From positions 1-64,000 of the IMG/VR virus record IMGVR_UViG_3300042868_003730: 64,000 bases of DNA; one strand, given 5' to 3'. Below, piece by piece: positions 16,696 through 26,984 of this stretch. Position 1 is the first letter of the stretch; each line of letters begins with the position of its first letter. The notes under the pieces were generated by a model, which searched no databases, had not been told where the DNA came from, and worked only from the letters and a program-made list of their open reading frames with translations. The position numbers and the translations under genes were made by a program. The stretch comes from a virus.

Positions 16696-16930
16696 AGAAG
16701 CAGTTGCATTAACTAAAGCAGAGGGCGCTGAGTGTATTGACACCGAGGTACTGCTTTGTGGATACTTCGATACTTGGATAGTTAAGTACCTCGGTGATGA
16801 TTATCGGTTCCGGATGTATACCGATAAGTATAATTCTTGGAATATGTTGAATCCGCAAATGATTGACTTGGCTAAAGTTAAACTGGTAGAGAAAATGGTA
16901 GTAACAACTGAATGGGTTGAGTGCGAATGA
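16673..16930 (+). CDS. Hypothetical protein
   Basis: ORF track. Confidence 0.6.
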   Translation: MIKKIKLEEAVALTKAEGAECIDTEVLLCGYFDTWIVKYLGDDYRFRMYTDKYNSWNMLNPQMIDLAKVKLVEKMVVTTEWVECE

Positions 16931-17643
16931 AAGTTTATATTGGTAAACATCCTTCATATTTTGGTCCATACCAACTAGCAGAGAAGATCCTTTTCTGGAT
17001 GGACAAGGAGAATGACGAACGTGTGCACAATTTTGGTCAGTGGCTCGCTGGTGATTCCGATAAAGTTAAATCTCTTAAGGGTATTCTAGTAGAAGACATC
17101 CAGTCTAATTCACTGTGCAAGTTTCTTACTTGGGTAGATTCCAAGAAGAAGCGCAAGATAGAAGTACGTATTGATAAGTATGATACCTGGAATATGGATG
17201 GTACTCTTGCCTATATCATCCTTCCAATGCTGAAGCAACTACAGGCATCCAAACATGGCTCGCCTTATGTTGATGACGCAGATGTTCCGGAGAATCTTCG
17301 TTCAACTTCTGCGCCTCCGAAAGAGGAAGAGTGGGATACCGATGGAAATCATCACCTTCGTTGGGAGTGGGTTCTAGATGAGATGATCTGGGCATTTGAG
17401 CAACATCACCCAGATACTGATTGGGAGAAGCAGTTCCACTCTGGCGAGCATGACTGGCAGTGGAAAGAATCAGAAACTGAGTATCCAAATCCACTTACTG
17501 GCAAGACGGAAAAGTGCTTGCAGATGTTGCATGGTCCAAACCATACACATAAGTATGATGCGGAAGGTGCTAAGGTTTATTCAGACCGAATTGACAATGG
17601 GTTCAAGTTATTTGGTAAATACTATCGTGGACTCTGGGATTGA
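16927..17643 (+). CDS. Conserved T4-like phage hypothetical protein ([21 protein letters not shown])
   Basis: ORF track; recognisable conserved pattern. Confidence 0.8.
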   Translation: MKVYIGKHPSYFGPYQLAEKILFWMDKENDERVHNFGQWLAGDSDKVKSLKGILVEDIQSNSLCKFLTWVDSKKKRKIEVRIDKYDTWNMDGTLAYIILPMLKQLQASKHGSPYVDDADVPENLRSTSAPPKEEEWDTDGNHHLRWEWVLDEMIWAFEQHHPDTDWEKQFHSGEHDWQWKESETEYPNPLTGKTEKCLQMLHGPNHTHKYDAEGAKVYSDRIDNGFKLFGKYYRGLWD

Positions 17644-18166
17644 ATTTACACTTGTCAAAATGATACCTCGGCATATTATTACCGCCACCAGTCTTTCCGC
17701 AATGTGGGCAAGTTACTATTGGTCTAGGTCCACGCATATTCTGTTTATGATTTTCTGACTTAGGCTTTCGCAGATTCTGTTTATGCTCTTCTGATAAAGA
17801 TTTACCAGTGTGTGCTATTGACATATTCTGTTTATGCTTTTCTGATTTAGGAACACACATTTTCTGTATGGACTCTTCTGAACAAATATGACCAGAGGAT
17901 CCCTCTCCACCATCAGTTCTATTGAGAAGAATTCCAGTGCTATTATCTTTTCTGCCATACCAGTTAATATATCTTCTCTCCAGAGCAAATGCTCCAAGTT
18001 CTGATAAATTGGTCTCTAAGAAAATGATTTTGGTTTTGTCTTTTGGGACTGGTGTTTTGCCGTGTTTGTCAAAGGCTCTATTGCCTTTACCCTTACCAAT
18101 GTAGTAGGGTGTGCCGTCAGATTTTCTGACGTAGGCATAAACGTAGTAAATAAGTGAGCTGGACAT
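17603..18166 (-). mobile_element. Free-standing GIY-YIG homing endonuclease with NUMOD3-like repeats
   Basis: [23 protein letters not shown]; repeated (K/L)SExHKQNM motifs; C-terminal CPHC; inverted relative to neighbours. Confidence 0.85.
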
Positions 18167-18244
18167 AATGGTTCCTTACTGTTGTTGAAATGTCTAGAGG
18201 TACTGGGAACGGGAATTCCGCGAGTACCACTTATTTAGTGTTTT

Positions 18245-18547
18245 ATGGAGCTTGCGATGAATAATATCATCTCTACGATGATTATCTGGATAAAATATGA
18301 TTATAGATCAAATAATTTTCGTTTTTCGGTTGAGTTGGCTGCTTGGGTTATTAGCGTTGGGTGCGCTTTTACAATGGCTATCACAGTACCCGATCCACCT
18401 CTTCAGTCTTTGTATCCTCTTTGGATTCTTGGTTGCTCTATGTACGCTTGGGCAGCCTATACTCGCCGCTCTTTTGGCATGCTCGCGAATTACATGCTCC
18501 TAGTCTCGATTGATACTATCGGTCTTTTACGAATGATTTTTAATTAG
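18245..18547 (+). CDS. Three-TM membrane protein
   Basis: Hydrophobic helices, ORF track. Confidence 0.7.
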   Translation: MELAMNNIISTMIIWIKYDYRSNNFRFSVELAAWVISVGCAFTMAITVPDPPLQSLYPLWILGCSMYAWAAYTRRSFGMLANYMLLVSIDTIGLLRMIFN

Positions 18548-18555
18548 GAAGTTAA

Positions 18556-19497
18556 ATGTTAAGAATTGACGGTAAGAATAATATCTCTTGTACAGTTATT
18601 GCAGATTCAATGACTGCTGGTAGTCGGATGGTAACTATGGAACTGGAATATCCACGATTCATCCACGCAGAGTTGATGACGCATCGGATGTTGAGTAAGA
18701 ATGCCGCTAGTTCAAGAGCAATTCCTATTAAGAAAATGCACGAGACTATTACGGAAAAGACTGCAATGCCAGTACATTGGGGAAAGAATCAACCAGGGAT
18801 GAGTGCCAAAGAAGAAGTAGATGATCTCGTGAAGCTGGGTGCTGAGGGTGTGTGGAATGCAGCCAGGGATTCTATGCTGAGCCATTCCACTGTTATGAGT
18901 GATATGGGACTACACAAGCAGATCGCCAACAGAATCACTGAGCCATTCCAGATGATGAAAACTGTCATCTCTGGAACCGAGTGGGCTAACCTGATCTGGC
19001 TTCGCCATCACGCAGATGCGCAACCAGAGTTCTACGAACTAGCAGATTGTATTGTTAAGTGTCTTAAGCAGTCAGAATCTATGTTGATTGTTTCTGGCGA
19101 ATGGCATACTCCATATGTTCATCGCTTCCGTGATATCGATGGAGTTCTTCAGTATCTGGATTCCAATGGCGAGAAGTTGAGTAAAGAAGATGCAATCAAG
19201 GTATCGTCCAGCTGCTGCGCCCAAGTATCCTACCGTAGGAATGATGATTCGCTGGAGAAAGCCAAGGACATCTTCGCTCGATTGATTGAATCCGAACCAA
19301 TCCATGCATCTCCTATTGAGCATCAGGCGACTCCAATGAAAATCAAGAATGCTGGACTATATTCACAGGATATGAATCCAACCATCTGGGAAGAAGGCAT
19401 TACGCATATGGATCGTGACAAGAACTACTGGTCTGGCAACCTTCGTGGATTCATCCAGCATCGTAAACTTATCAAGTGCGAGGCGAAATGGGGATAA
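18556..19497 (+). CDS. thyX: Flavin-dependent thymidylate synthase (ThyX/Thy1 type)
   Basis: YPRFIHAELMTHRMLSKNAASSRAIP, HKQIANRITEPF, HASPIEHQA. Confidence 0.88.
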   Translation: MLRIDGKNNISCTVIADSMTAGSRMVTMELEYPRFIHAELMTHRMLSKNAASSRAIPIKKMHETITEKTAMPVHWGKNQPGMSAKEEVDDLVKLGAEGVWNAARDSMLSHSTVMSDMGLHKQIANRITEPFQMMKTVISGTEWANLIWLRHHADAQPEFYELADCIVKCLKQSESMLIVSGEWHTPYVHRFRDIDGVLQYLDSNGEKLSKEDAIKVSSSCCAQVSYRRNDDSLEKAKDIFARLIESEPIHASPIEHQATPMKIKNAGLYSQDMNPTIWEEGITHMDRDKNYWSGNLRGFIQHRKLIKCEAKWG

Positions 19498-19641
19498 GAG
19501 ATTTCCTAATAGAACAGGTCCACAAATTAAATGTGGACCTAGGCTGGCCAGTCATGGAAGACCTACGTACCTGGTCCAACAAAGATCTGCTTGAAGAGTT
19601 CGGAAACCTATCAGTTGAAGTATGGCGCAGGAAAAATCTAG

Positions 19642-19893
19642 ATGACGAATCGTAAGAGTTTGGTTGATGCTGTCGTAGAGATGGCATTGGAGATGGAAAA
19701 GACCGATCCAACGGACTTTGGAATGTTGCCTATCAGTGATGAGGAAGCATATCGATTTATTGCGAATTCGGTCTTAGATAAGGTAATTGACGTAGAATCC
19801 CCCATCGAGAGGGAATTAATGCTACTTTCAGCCTGCACCCACCTTGTAGTGGAAAATTTCGTCCTGAACCAAAGGCTAATGCGTCGGAAGTGA
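19642..19893 (+). CDS. Hypothetical protein
   Basis: ORF track. Confidence 0.65.
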   Translation: MTNRKSLVDAVVEMALEMEKTDPTDFGMLPISDEEAYRFIANSVLDKVIDVESPIERELMLLSACTHLVVENFVLNQRLMRRK

Positions 19894-19950
19894 TTTACTT
19901 TTATTCAATTTCGAGGTATAATAACTTATCGAATTGAAAAGGAAAGTAAA
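19894..19950 (+). promoter_or_regulatory. Early promoter cassette
   Basis: TTTACT-17nt-TATAAT-aacttatcgaattgaaaaggaaag. Confidence 0.87.
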
Positions 19951-20139
19951 ATGACCCGAACCGAAGTCTACTCCACTCTGAAGAAAAACCACCCTGACGC
20001 TACGAACATCTATAAGAATCAGTTCGGCGAGTGGGAAGTGGATATCGAAGAAGAGTATGAAGTGGTGACCCTGACCTACAAGGTCGTGGAAAGCGATCTG
20101 CGGTTCATCAGCGAAGATCGTTTCTTTCATTGCTGCTGA
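19951..20139 (+). CDS. Early hypothetical protein
   Basis: Behind promoter and SD. Confidence 0.7.
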   Translation: MTRTEVYSTLKKNHPDATNIYKNQFGEWEVDIEEEYEVVTLTYKVVESDLRFISEDRFFHCC

Positions 20140-20146
20140 GTAGTAG

Positions 20147-20200
20147 TTTACTTTTATTCAGGTTAGCGGTATAATAAATTATTGAAACGTGAAGGAAAGA
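20147..20200 (+). promoter_or_regulatory. Early promoter cassette
   Basis: TTTACT-17nt-TATAAT. Confidence 0.82.
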
Positions 20201-20203
20201 AAA

Positions 20204-20407
20204 ATGACTGATTATCTGATGAGCCAGGGTTACTCCGCTGAAGAAATCCAGACGATCCTAGAAGAAGTTGAGTACCAGTATGTTCGTGGTGGTACGTTCT
20301 ACTCGGAACTGCTCGACGAAGACCTCGAGTCTTGGGTCGCTGCTGATCCATACGCCTACGAAGGTGAACCAGTTGACATCGAAGTGTTCGAAGACGTCCC
20401 TTTCTAA
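20204..20407 (+). CDS. Acidic early hypothetical protein
   Basis: Behind promoter and SD. Confidence 0.7.
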   Translation: MTDYLMSQGYSAEEIQTILEEVEYQYVRGGTFYSELLDEDLESWVAADPYAYEGEPVDIEVFEDVPF

Positions 20408-20731
20408 TCGGAGTATATTATGACTGTTTCAGAATTGATTGAAGTGTTGCGTGGTATGGACCAGGACAAGGAAGTATCGGTCTGGGATCCTGAATGGGAT
20501 TCTACAACCTGGGTCGACCGCGTGGAAGAGGAAGACAACGAAGTGGTGATTTACTGAGAAATATATTATGAAAAGATTCAACGTATCATTTACAATGGAA
20601 CTGGACGATGAGTTGCCGACAGGAGAAACCATCGACTACACTTCGAAGGTTCTCCATGGTTTCATTCTTCAAGCATTTAATGGTAGTCTGAATGATAATG
20701 AATACATCGAAGATTTGTTAATCCAGCCGGA

Positions 20732-22045
20732 GTGAATATGAGTGAACTCTTTAGCATTATCTCTGCCCTGAAGGTTCATCCTTCAACGATCAACAAGCAG
20801 CAGATCCTCGAAGCCAACAAGGACAACGAAGTCCTGAAGGCAGCATTCAGTATGACGGAGAATCCGTTCTACAATTACTACATCAAAGTAGATAAGGCTA
20901 TCTGGGAAGATGTTCCTGGCGGAGAGGAAGAAATTACATTTGAGTTGCTAAATTCTGTCTTTGACCAGCTGGCTGGGCGTAAGGTAACAGGGCATGCTGC
21001 TCGAGATTATCTGGCAGGTGTTTTGACTAGCCTGACCAAGAAAGACCGAGCAATCCTCCATAGGATCATCAATCGGGATCTGGAGTGCAATGTCGGTACT
21101 GCCATCTGTAACAAAGTTTGGCCAGGTCTGATTCCAGAGATGCCTTGTATGTTGGCATCGAAGATGGATGAGAAGGCAGCTGCATCAGTTGTTCCGAACA
21201 AATATGGCTATATCGTCCAGACAAAGATGGATGGTGGTCGAGCGATGGCTACTGTTAACTTCGATGGTTCAGTAAACATTCGTTCGCGTAATGGCAAGGA
21301 ATTGCTGCTTTATGGATTCTTTGACACTGTTCTGAGTAAGTTCCCTGGCTATGTGTTTGATGGCGAGTTGGTCGTTATGACAGATACTGGCGTAGAGGAT
21401 CGTAAGACAGGTAATGGATTCTTTACCAAGGCAGTTCGTGGTACGATTAACCAGAAAGAAGCATCGCGTTTCCGTTATGTTGTGTGGGATATGATTCCAC
21501 TGGCAGACTTCAATGCAGGTAAGAGCACGGTTCCTTACAAAGAACGTCTCAGTAAGTTGATCGATGCACAGTCGCTGATGACTCCTGGCATTGTTCATCT
21601 GGTTCAATCTCGAATCGTTTCTACGCTTCAGGAAGCCGAAGTGTTCTATTCGGAAATGCTCGAGCGCGGCGAGGAAGGCGCGATTCTAAAGTTCGCTGAT
21701 ATGCCTTGGGAGGATCGTCGTAGTAAGAAGATGATTAAACTCAAAGAAGAAAAGGATATCGATGCAGAAGTAATTGGTGTTACGGAACACACGAAGGTGC
21801 CAGGATGGGTCGGTTCTTTGACCTGTAAGACCGCAGATGGTCTGGTGCAGTTTGATGTTGGGTCTGGGTTCACGGAAGTGGATCGTCAGAAACCATTTGA
21901 TTATTATTTTGGGAAAATTGTGAAATGCAAGTATAATGCACTGATCAGCAATAAGACATCGACTACCAAGTCTTTGTTCCTGCCGATCTTTGATGAAGTT
22001 CGTGATGATAAATTGACTGCTAACTCTCTGAAGGATTTGAAATGA
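20732..22045 (+). CDS. 30: ATP-dependent DNA ligase (T4 gp30-like)
   Basis: TKMDGGR (KxDG), FDGELV, EEGAILK, VGSGF, LFLPIF..VRDDK. Confidence 0.95.
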   Translation: MNMSELFSIISALKVHPSTINKQQILEANKDNEVLKAAFSMTENPFYNYYIKVDKAIWEDVPGGEEEITFELLNSVFDQLAGRKVTGHAARDYLAGVLTSLTKKDRAILHRIINRDLECNVGTAICNKVWPGLIPEMPCMLASKMDEKAAASVVPNKYGYIVQTKMDGGRAMATVNFDGSVNIRSRNGKELLLYGFFDTVLSKFPGYVFDGELVVMTDTGVEDRKTGNGFFTKAVRGTINQKEASRFRYVVWDMIPLADFNAGKSTVPYKERLSKLIDAQSLMTPGIVHLVQSRIVSTLQEAEVFYSEMLERGEEGAILKFADMPWEDRRSKKMIKLKEEKDIDAEVIGVTEHTKVPGWVGSLTCKTADGLVQFDVGSGFTEVDRQKPFDYYFGKIVKCKYNALISNKTSTTKSLFLPIFDEVRDDKLTANSLKDLK

Positions 22046-22287
22046 ATGCTATTGAATTTGCTACGGCTATGTCTACCAATGTCTACTCAATTGAATTTGA
22101 GAAAGTAGATGGTACGATGCGCAAGATGGTCTGTACGCGTATGAGTGAGAAGATTCCATCCGAGGCTGCGCCTAAGAAGGAAACTGTTATTGAGGAAGCA
22201 ACTACTGCTGTTCCTGTGTTTGATGTTGACCTCGAACAGTGGCGTTCGGTTCGACCCAATTCGATTAAGACTATGGAGGTGGTGTGA
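22042..22287 (+). CDS. SH3/WYL-like small protein
   Basis: FEKVDGTMRKMVCT..VFDVDLEQWRS pattern. Confidence 0.7.
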   Translation: MNAIEFATAMSTNVYSIEFEKVDGTMRKMVCTRMSEKIPSEAAPKKETVIEEATTAVPVFDVDLEQWRSVRPNSIKTMEVV

Positions 22288-22556
22288 TGAATGTGAATTC
22301 TTTGGATGAAGTTGGTAAGAAGGCTCTCAAGGACTTCTGTGTTGAGATGAGTTCGTCGATGTTTCGTGGAGAAGCAGAACGTACTCTTCAGAGGGAAGCC
22401 ATCAAGGACTTCGCTGATAACTATGAGATCGATAAGAAGATCCTGCGTAAGATGGCACGAGTTTATCACAAGCAGAATTTCTTCACCACTGTCGAAGAAC
22501 AGAATGAGTTCGAGGCAGTTTACAACCAAGTATTTGAAACAACGAAAGCAATTTGA
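22284..22556 (+). CDS. dsbA: dsDNA-binding protein (T4 DsbA-like)
   Basis: LRKMARVYHKQNF..EFEAVY pattern and size. Confidence 0.75.
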   Translation: MMNVNSLDEVGKKALKDFCVEMSSSMFRGEAERTLQREAIKDFADNYEIDKKILRKMARVYHKQNFFTTVEEQNEFEAVYNQVFETTKAI

Positions 22557-22918
22557 TGAGCACAGTTATTGAAGATGTCGAGTACTTTATGATCGCAGTT
22601 GGTCAGACAGTTGCTCATGATAATGGAACACAGGCATTGCTGTATCGCAAGTTGATCCTGGAAGAATATACCGAGCTACAGGAAGCATTGAGTGCTGAAG
22701 ATGATACCGAGACAGCAGATGCTATTTTTGATCTCTGCTGGGTCGCTATTGGCTACGCAATGTCTCGTGGTTGGGATATGCCAGCAATGTGGGCAGAAGG
22801 TGCCCAGAGCAACTTGAGCAAGATCGATCCGGAGACTGGCGTAGTCAAACGTCGCCCTGATGGCAAGATTCTTAAGCCAGACGGATGGTTGCCTCCTAAC
22901 TTCGCTCAGTTCGTCTAA
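22553..22918 (+). CDS. MazG-like/PRA-PH nucleotide pyrophosphatase
   Basis: LILEEYTEL, ADAIFDL, SNLSK, RPDGKILKP. Confidence 0.85.
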   Translation: MMSTVIEDVEYFMIAVGQTVAHDNGTQALLYRKLILEEYTELQEALSAEDDTETADAIFDLCWVAIGYAMSRGWDMPAMWAEGAQSNLSKIDPETGVVKRRPDGKILKPDGWLPPNFAQFV

Positions 22919-22934
22919 CGAAGGTATTCCAGAT

Positions 22935-23213
22935 ATGCGTAAGAGAAGTAATACCATCTCAAGGGTAACTAGAAAAGTTCCTGAGAACACATTTACTCAG
23001 ACAATTTTAGGTAAAAGAGAACAAACTACATTCAACTGCAAATGTTGTTACGAAAAATTACTTATCGGAGAGTCATATCTGGAATCAAAGAGCAAACGAA
23101 AACATGATAATCAGATTCGCGGGATTTGTGTTTTCTGTTGGGATTTAACTAATGGTCGCGTAAAACAGAAAGAAAAATCTGACGCATCTCTAATGGAGTT
23201 TCTCAACACCTAA
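22935..23213 (+). CDS. Zinc-finger hypothetical protein
   Basis: CKCC..CVFC, C-terminal SLMEFL. Confidence 0.6.
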   Translation: MRKRSNTISRVTRKVPENTFTQTILGKREQTTFNCKCCYEKLLIGESYLESKSKRKHDNQIRGICVFCWDLTNGRVKQKEKSDASLMEFLNT

Positions 23214-23218
23214 TAGTT

Positions 23219-23247
23219 TTTACTTTTATTCAGAATTCAGGTATAAT
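23219..23247 (+). promoter_or_regulatory. Early promoter
   Basis: TTTACT-17nt-TATAAT. Confidence 0.8.
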
Positions 23248-23269
23248 ATATTACTTGAAAGGAAATCTG

Positions 23270-23509
23270 ATGGCGTGGAATCCACCCGAGACGCGAGAAG
23301 AAATTAAGGATACCCTGTTCTTTATGGGCGTTCCCTACGTATATGAGAAGTTGATGGAGCCACGAGGACACGTCTACTTCTTTGAACTACCCAAGGAAAA
23401 TTTCATCTCAATCTACAGCCCGAACTATATGAAGTTCAACAAGAAGACGTTCAAGAGTCCCTATGATCTTAAACGAGAGATCATGCGCGTGTTTTCCTAC
23501 CTACTTTGA
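23270..23509 (+). CDS. Hypothetical protein
   Basis: AAGGA SD before ATG 23270. Confidence 0.65.
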   Translation: MAWNPPETREEIKDTLFFMGVPYVYEKLMEPRGHVYFFELPKENFISIYSPNYMKFNKKTFKSPYDLKREIMRVFSYLL

Positions 23510-23519
23510 AAGAAATATC

Positions 23520-23828
23520 ATGTCCGTAGTCAGCTTCTCTACCTCTCCTGTTGAACTCGCTATTAGCGGAGTCACTGGTCGCCCTCTTTGCTACCTAGTC
23601 ACTACGGTTCGACATTCTGGTCAAAAGATTGATATCAGCTCCAGTAAATATTACTACGTCCCAGAGATCAATCGCTTCGTGAGCCATCGTGGTTCGTATG
23701 CGAAAGTCTTGACCGTAAATGCAACTGGAACATATAACTTCAACAAGAAACTACCAATTGGTGCTTATCAGTTTCGTCCTTCTGCTAACCTCTTGCATGA
23801 AGAAGCAGAAGGAACATTCCGCGGATGA
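23520..23828 (+). CDS. Hypothetical protein
   Basis: ORF track, probable start MSVVSF. Confidence 0.65.
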   Translation: MSVVSFSTSPVELAISGVTGRPLCYLVTTVRHSGQKIDISSSKYYYVPEINRFVSHRGSYAKVLTVNATGTYNFNKKLPIGAYQFRPSANLLHEEAEGTFRG

Positions 23829-23884
23829 TTTACTTTTATTCAGTTTCGCGGTATAATAACTTATCGAATTGAAAAGGAAAAGAA
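23829..23884 (+). promoter_or_regulatory. Early promoter cassette
   Basis: TTTACT-17nt-TATAAT-aacttatcgaattgaaaaggaaaag. Confidence 0.87.
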
Positions 23885-24952
23885 ATGGCTACTACCGCGA
23901 AACGTCTGGCTCTTGTTGAGAAGTTGATGAAGAAGACTGGCGAACCAGAGATCAACAATCTTCGGTACCAGGCTAGTCTGATGCATGCTCTGAACTACTA
24001 CAACGCGGAGTTTAACAACGCGCAGAAGAAGGCATGGTTCCTGTCTTACTTCAAGAAGGAAGCAAAGTTCCCTACGAGCCAGATCCACGAACGTGAGTTC
24101 CGTACTGCTGGCACCCTGTGCCGTATGCTGACTCTGGGTAATGCTCTTGAAGACAAAGAGCTGGATTTCCTCAACAATGAATTCGACCGTATCAAGAATC
24201 TGTCGAAGCCAGATGTTGTGGAAGTTGCTGTAAAGAAGGTCAGCGTTCAGGATCTAATGGAAGATAAAGCCAAGGAGTTCGTTGCTGACTTCAATGGCAT
24301 CCTTGATGAGTTCGTGATGGATCGCAAGGCGATTCCTGACATCGATCGCCTGATGAAGACTCCTCTGACGACTCCTGTGGCTAACAAGGTCGCTCTGAAG
24401 ATCCAGCGTACCTTGCTCGAGTTGCGCGAGGCAGTGGCTGGTACCGATGAGTATCTGGTCGAAGGCTACAGCAACTTCAAGAAGACCGAGCTGAAGAAGT
24501 TGCTGGCTGCATACGAAACCCTGACCGAACGTCTGACCCAGCTGAAGAAGGTCGTGGTTCGCAAGACTCGTACTCCGAAGGCAAAGCCAGTCGGTGTGAT
24601 CGTGGCGAAGATGAAGTTCGCAGCTACCAATGATGATCTTAGTCTGAAGTCAGTCAGCCCTACCTCGATTGTCGGAGCTGATGAGTTGTATTGCTTCAAT
24701 ACTAAGACTCGTCGGATGCAAGTCTACAAGGCTCTTGATGGTATGACTCTGACCGTCAAGGGTACGACGATTATGAATTTCGATATGGAGAAGTCTACTC
24801 AGAAGACTGTACGTAAGCCAGAGACTCTGTCTAGTATTACTGATAAGGGTAAGCGTGTGTATGGCCAGTTTATGAAGGCACTGACTGCAAAGCCTGTTGT
24901 ACCGAATGGTCGGATTAATGCCGACACCCTCCTCCTCGCTACTTTTAAGTGA
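23885..24952 (+). CDS. Conserved T4-like hypothetical protein
   Basis: ALNYYN, EGYSNF, FNTKTR, VKGTTI, QKTVRKP, NGRIN motifs; upstream of rnh. Confidence 0.85.
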   Translation: MATTAKRLALVEKLMKKTGEPEINNLRYQASLMHALNYYNAEFNNAQKKAWFLSYFKKEAKFPTSQIHEREFRTAGTLCRMLTLGNALEDKELDFLNNEFDRIKNLSKPDVVEVAVKKVSVQDLMEDKAKEFVADFNGILDEFVMDRKAIPDIDRLMKTPLTTPVANKVALKIQRTLLELREAVAGTDEYLVEGYSNFKKTELKKLLAAYETLTERLTQLKKVVVRKTRTPKAKPVGVIVAKMKFAATNDDLSLKSVSPTSIVGADELYCFNTKTRRMQVYKALDGMTLTVKGTTIMNFDMEKSTQKTVRKPETLSSITDKGKRVYGQFMKALTAKPVVPNGRINADTLLLATFK

Positions 24953-24958
24953 AAGAAT

Positions 24959-25843
24959 ATGGCAATCCTTATTGATTATAGTCAGCTAGTGATTTCCAGT
25001 TGTCTTGCCTTCGGTTCTGATATGGATAAAGGCAAGGACACCAAGAAAGCAATTGACATCATTCGTCATGCCACCCTGTCTAGTCTGTTGAAGTATAAGA
25101 CCGACTACTCAGCCAAGTATGGTGAGGTAATTCTCTGCGCTGATGGTGGAAAGAACTGGCGTCGTGGGTATTTCCCATACTACAAGGCATCGCGCAAGGG
25201 TTCGCGCGAGAAGTCCAATACTGATTGGAATACGATCTTTTCGTTCGCCTCTGAGTTGCTCGGAGAACTACGTACGATATTTCCATACCGAGCTATCAAG
25301 GTCGATGAGGCAGAGGGTGATGACATTGTGGCTGTTCTGACCAAGTATCTTACGGAGAATGACACAGTTCAGCAGGGATTGGTATCTGATCCTGCTCCGA
25401 TCCTGATTGTATCGAGTGATGGTGACTTCAAGCAACTGCATAAGTTCAAGAATGTCCGTCAGTGGAATCCATTGATGAAGAAGTTCGTGGCCAAGCCAGA
25501 ACCAGACTTCCTCCTTGAGAAAGTTATCAAGGGTGATGCAGGTGATGGTGTTCCGAATGTTCTTTCTCCGGACAATATCTTTACCGTAGAGGGTCGTCAG
25601 AAACCAGTTACGGCTAAGGTAATGGATCGGTTCAAGAGCCAGAATGGTTTGTCTGATGTTGATCAACGCAACTTCCAACGCAATCGAACTCTGATTGATT
25701 TTGACTATATACCAAATGAAGTACAGGAGAAAATTCTCTCTGTATATAATGAGCAACAACCGAAGCGTGATCTCAATGCCATTATGAATTACTTGATGGA
25801 ACATCGCTGCCGACTACTTCTAAATGACCTACAGGCATTCTAA
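24959..25843 (+). CDS. rnh: T4-type RNase H (5'-3' exonuclease)
   Basis: LIDYSQ, WRRGYFPYYKASR, EGDDI, SSDGDFKQL, GDAGDGVPN. Confidence 0.93.
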   Translation: MAILIDYSQLVISSCLAFGSDMDKGKDTKKAIDIIRHATLSSLLKYKTDYSAKYGEVILCADGGKNWRRGYFPYYKASRKGSREKSNTDWNTIFSFASELLGELRTIFPYRAIKVDEAEGDDIVAVLTKYLTENDTVQQGLVSDPAPILIVSSDGDFKQLHKFKNVRQWNPLMKKFVAKPEPDFLLEKVIKGDAGDGVPNVLSPDNIFTVEGRQKPVTAKVMDRFKSQNGLSDVDQRNFQRNRTLIDFDYIPNEVQEKILSVYNEQQPKRDLNAIMNYLMEHRCRLLLNDLQAF

Positions 25844-25845
25844 CT

Positions 25846-26238
25846 ATGAGCAATATCTCTGAAATCCTATCTGCTGCCAATACTGATATCAATACACTCA
25901 AACAACACATCGGTAATAGATATCTACGTAATCTAATGGAAGCGGCGTATATCCCTGAGAAGAAGTTCGTTCTTCCAGAAGGACTTCCAGAATTCAAAGG
26001 CAATCTACAGCACCCAGATCAGATCAGTGGTGCTTTCTGGCAGATTGCTAAGAAACTTGACACCTTCCAACGAGCAGAACTACCTGCTATACGAAGAGAA
26101 AGTATTTTCATCCAGTCACTGGAATCATTGAGCGCGATTGATGCCAAGATTCTTATTGCTGTCAAGGAACAAACACTTCATAAGATGTTCAAGACTCTTA
26201 CGTTGAAGAACCTAAAGGCAGTTGGATACTTCGCATAA
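25846..26238 (+). CDS. Conserved T4-like hypothetical protein
   Basis: LPEG, RRESIFIQSLESL pattern; downstream of rnh. Confidence 0.8.
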   Translation: MSNISEILSAANTDINTLKQHIGNRYLRNLMEAAYIPEKKFVLPEGLPEFKGNLQHPDQISGAFWQIAKKLDTFQRAELPAIRRESIFIQSLESLSAIDAKILIAVKEQTLHKMFKTLTLKNLKAVGYFA

Positions 26239-26687
26239 TGTCAAAGTTCGACCAGTTCTATATGAATGTGGCCACTGGCGCGGCCAATCTCAGTCATGCC
26301 AAAAGAGCACAAGTCGGGGCGGTGGCTGTCAGAGATAGAAATATCCTGGCATTTGGCTACAATGGTACTCTTCCAGGAACAAGTAATGTCTGTGAAGATG
26401 AGCATGGAAATACCAAGGCAGAAGTAATTCATGCTGAGGAGAATCTTCTTATGAAGATGGCCAGGTCTTCAGTCTCAGTTGAGGGAGCAGTTGTATACGT
26501 GACTATGGCTCCCTGCATCAACTGCTCCAGGCTTATGGCCAATGCAGGAATAAAGAAGGTAATCTACCGAGATACATACCGAGACTTATCCGGAGTTGAC
26601 CTACTCAACAAATATGGCATCGAAGTAAAGCAATTCCAAACTATTCTTGACCAAGAGCAGAAAACAGTGTGGAGTGTCTTGGACTAA
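26238..26687 (+). CDS. cd: dCMP deaminase
   Basis: QVGAV, GYNG, HAEEN, PCINC. Confidence 0.92.
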   Translation: MSKFDQFYMNVATGAANLSHAKRAQVGAVAVRDRNILAFGYNGTLPGTSNVCEDEHGNTKAEVIHAEENLLMKMARSSVSVEGAVVYVTMAPCINCSRLMANAGIKKVIYRDTYRDLSGVDLLNKYGIEVKQFQTILDQEQKTVWSVLD

Positions 26688-26690
26688 CAT

Positions 26691-26747
26691 TTTACTTTTA
26701 TTCAATTTCGAGGTATAATAACTTATCGAATTGAAAAGGAAAGAAAA
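26691..26747 (+). promoter_or_regulatory. Early promoter cassette
   Basis: TTTACT-17nt-TATAAT-aacttatcgaattgaaaaggaaag. Confidence 0.87.
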
Positions 26748-26984
26748 ATGAAAGTTGGTGATCTGGTTAAGTCGTTTGATTTTGTCGGCGAATATTCTTG
26801 CTACATGCTCGGTCTGGTGACCAAGATCTCGAAAGAGAACAAGACTGTGACCTGTAAGTTTGTCGCTCGTGTGGTTCGCGGAGAGCCTGTTCCGGCTGAT
26901 GGTCTGGAAGAGTTCACTGCTCCTCTGAATGGTGCATTCTTTATGGATCGCCCTGAGTTCAAAAGGATTCTGGTCTGCAAATGA
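26748..26984 (+). CDS. Early hypothetical protein
   Basis: Behind promoter and SD. Confidence 0.72.
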   Translation: MKVGDLVKSFDFVGEYSCYMLGLVTKISKENKTVTCKFVARVVRGEPVPADGLEEFTAPLNGAFFMDRPEFKRILVCK

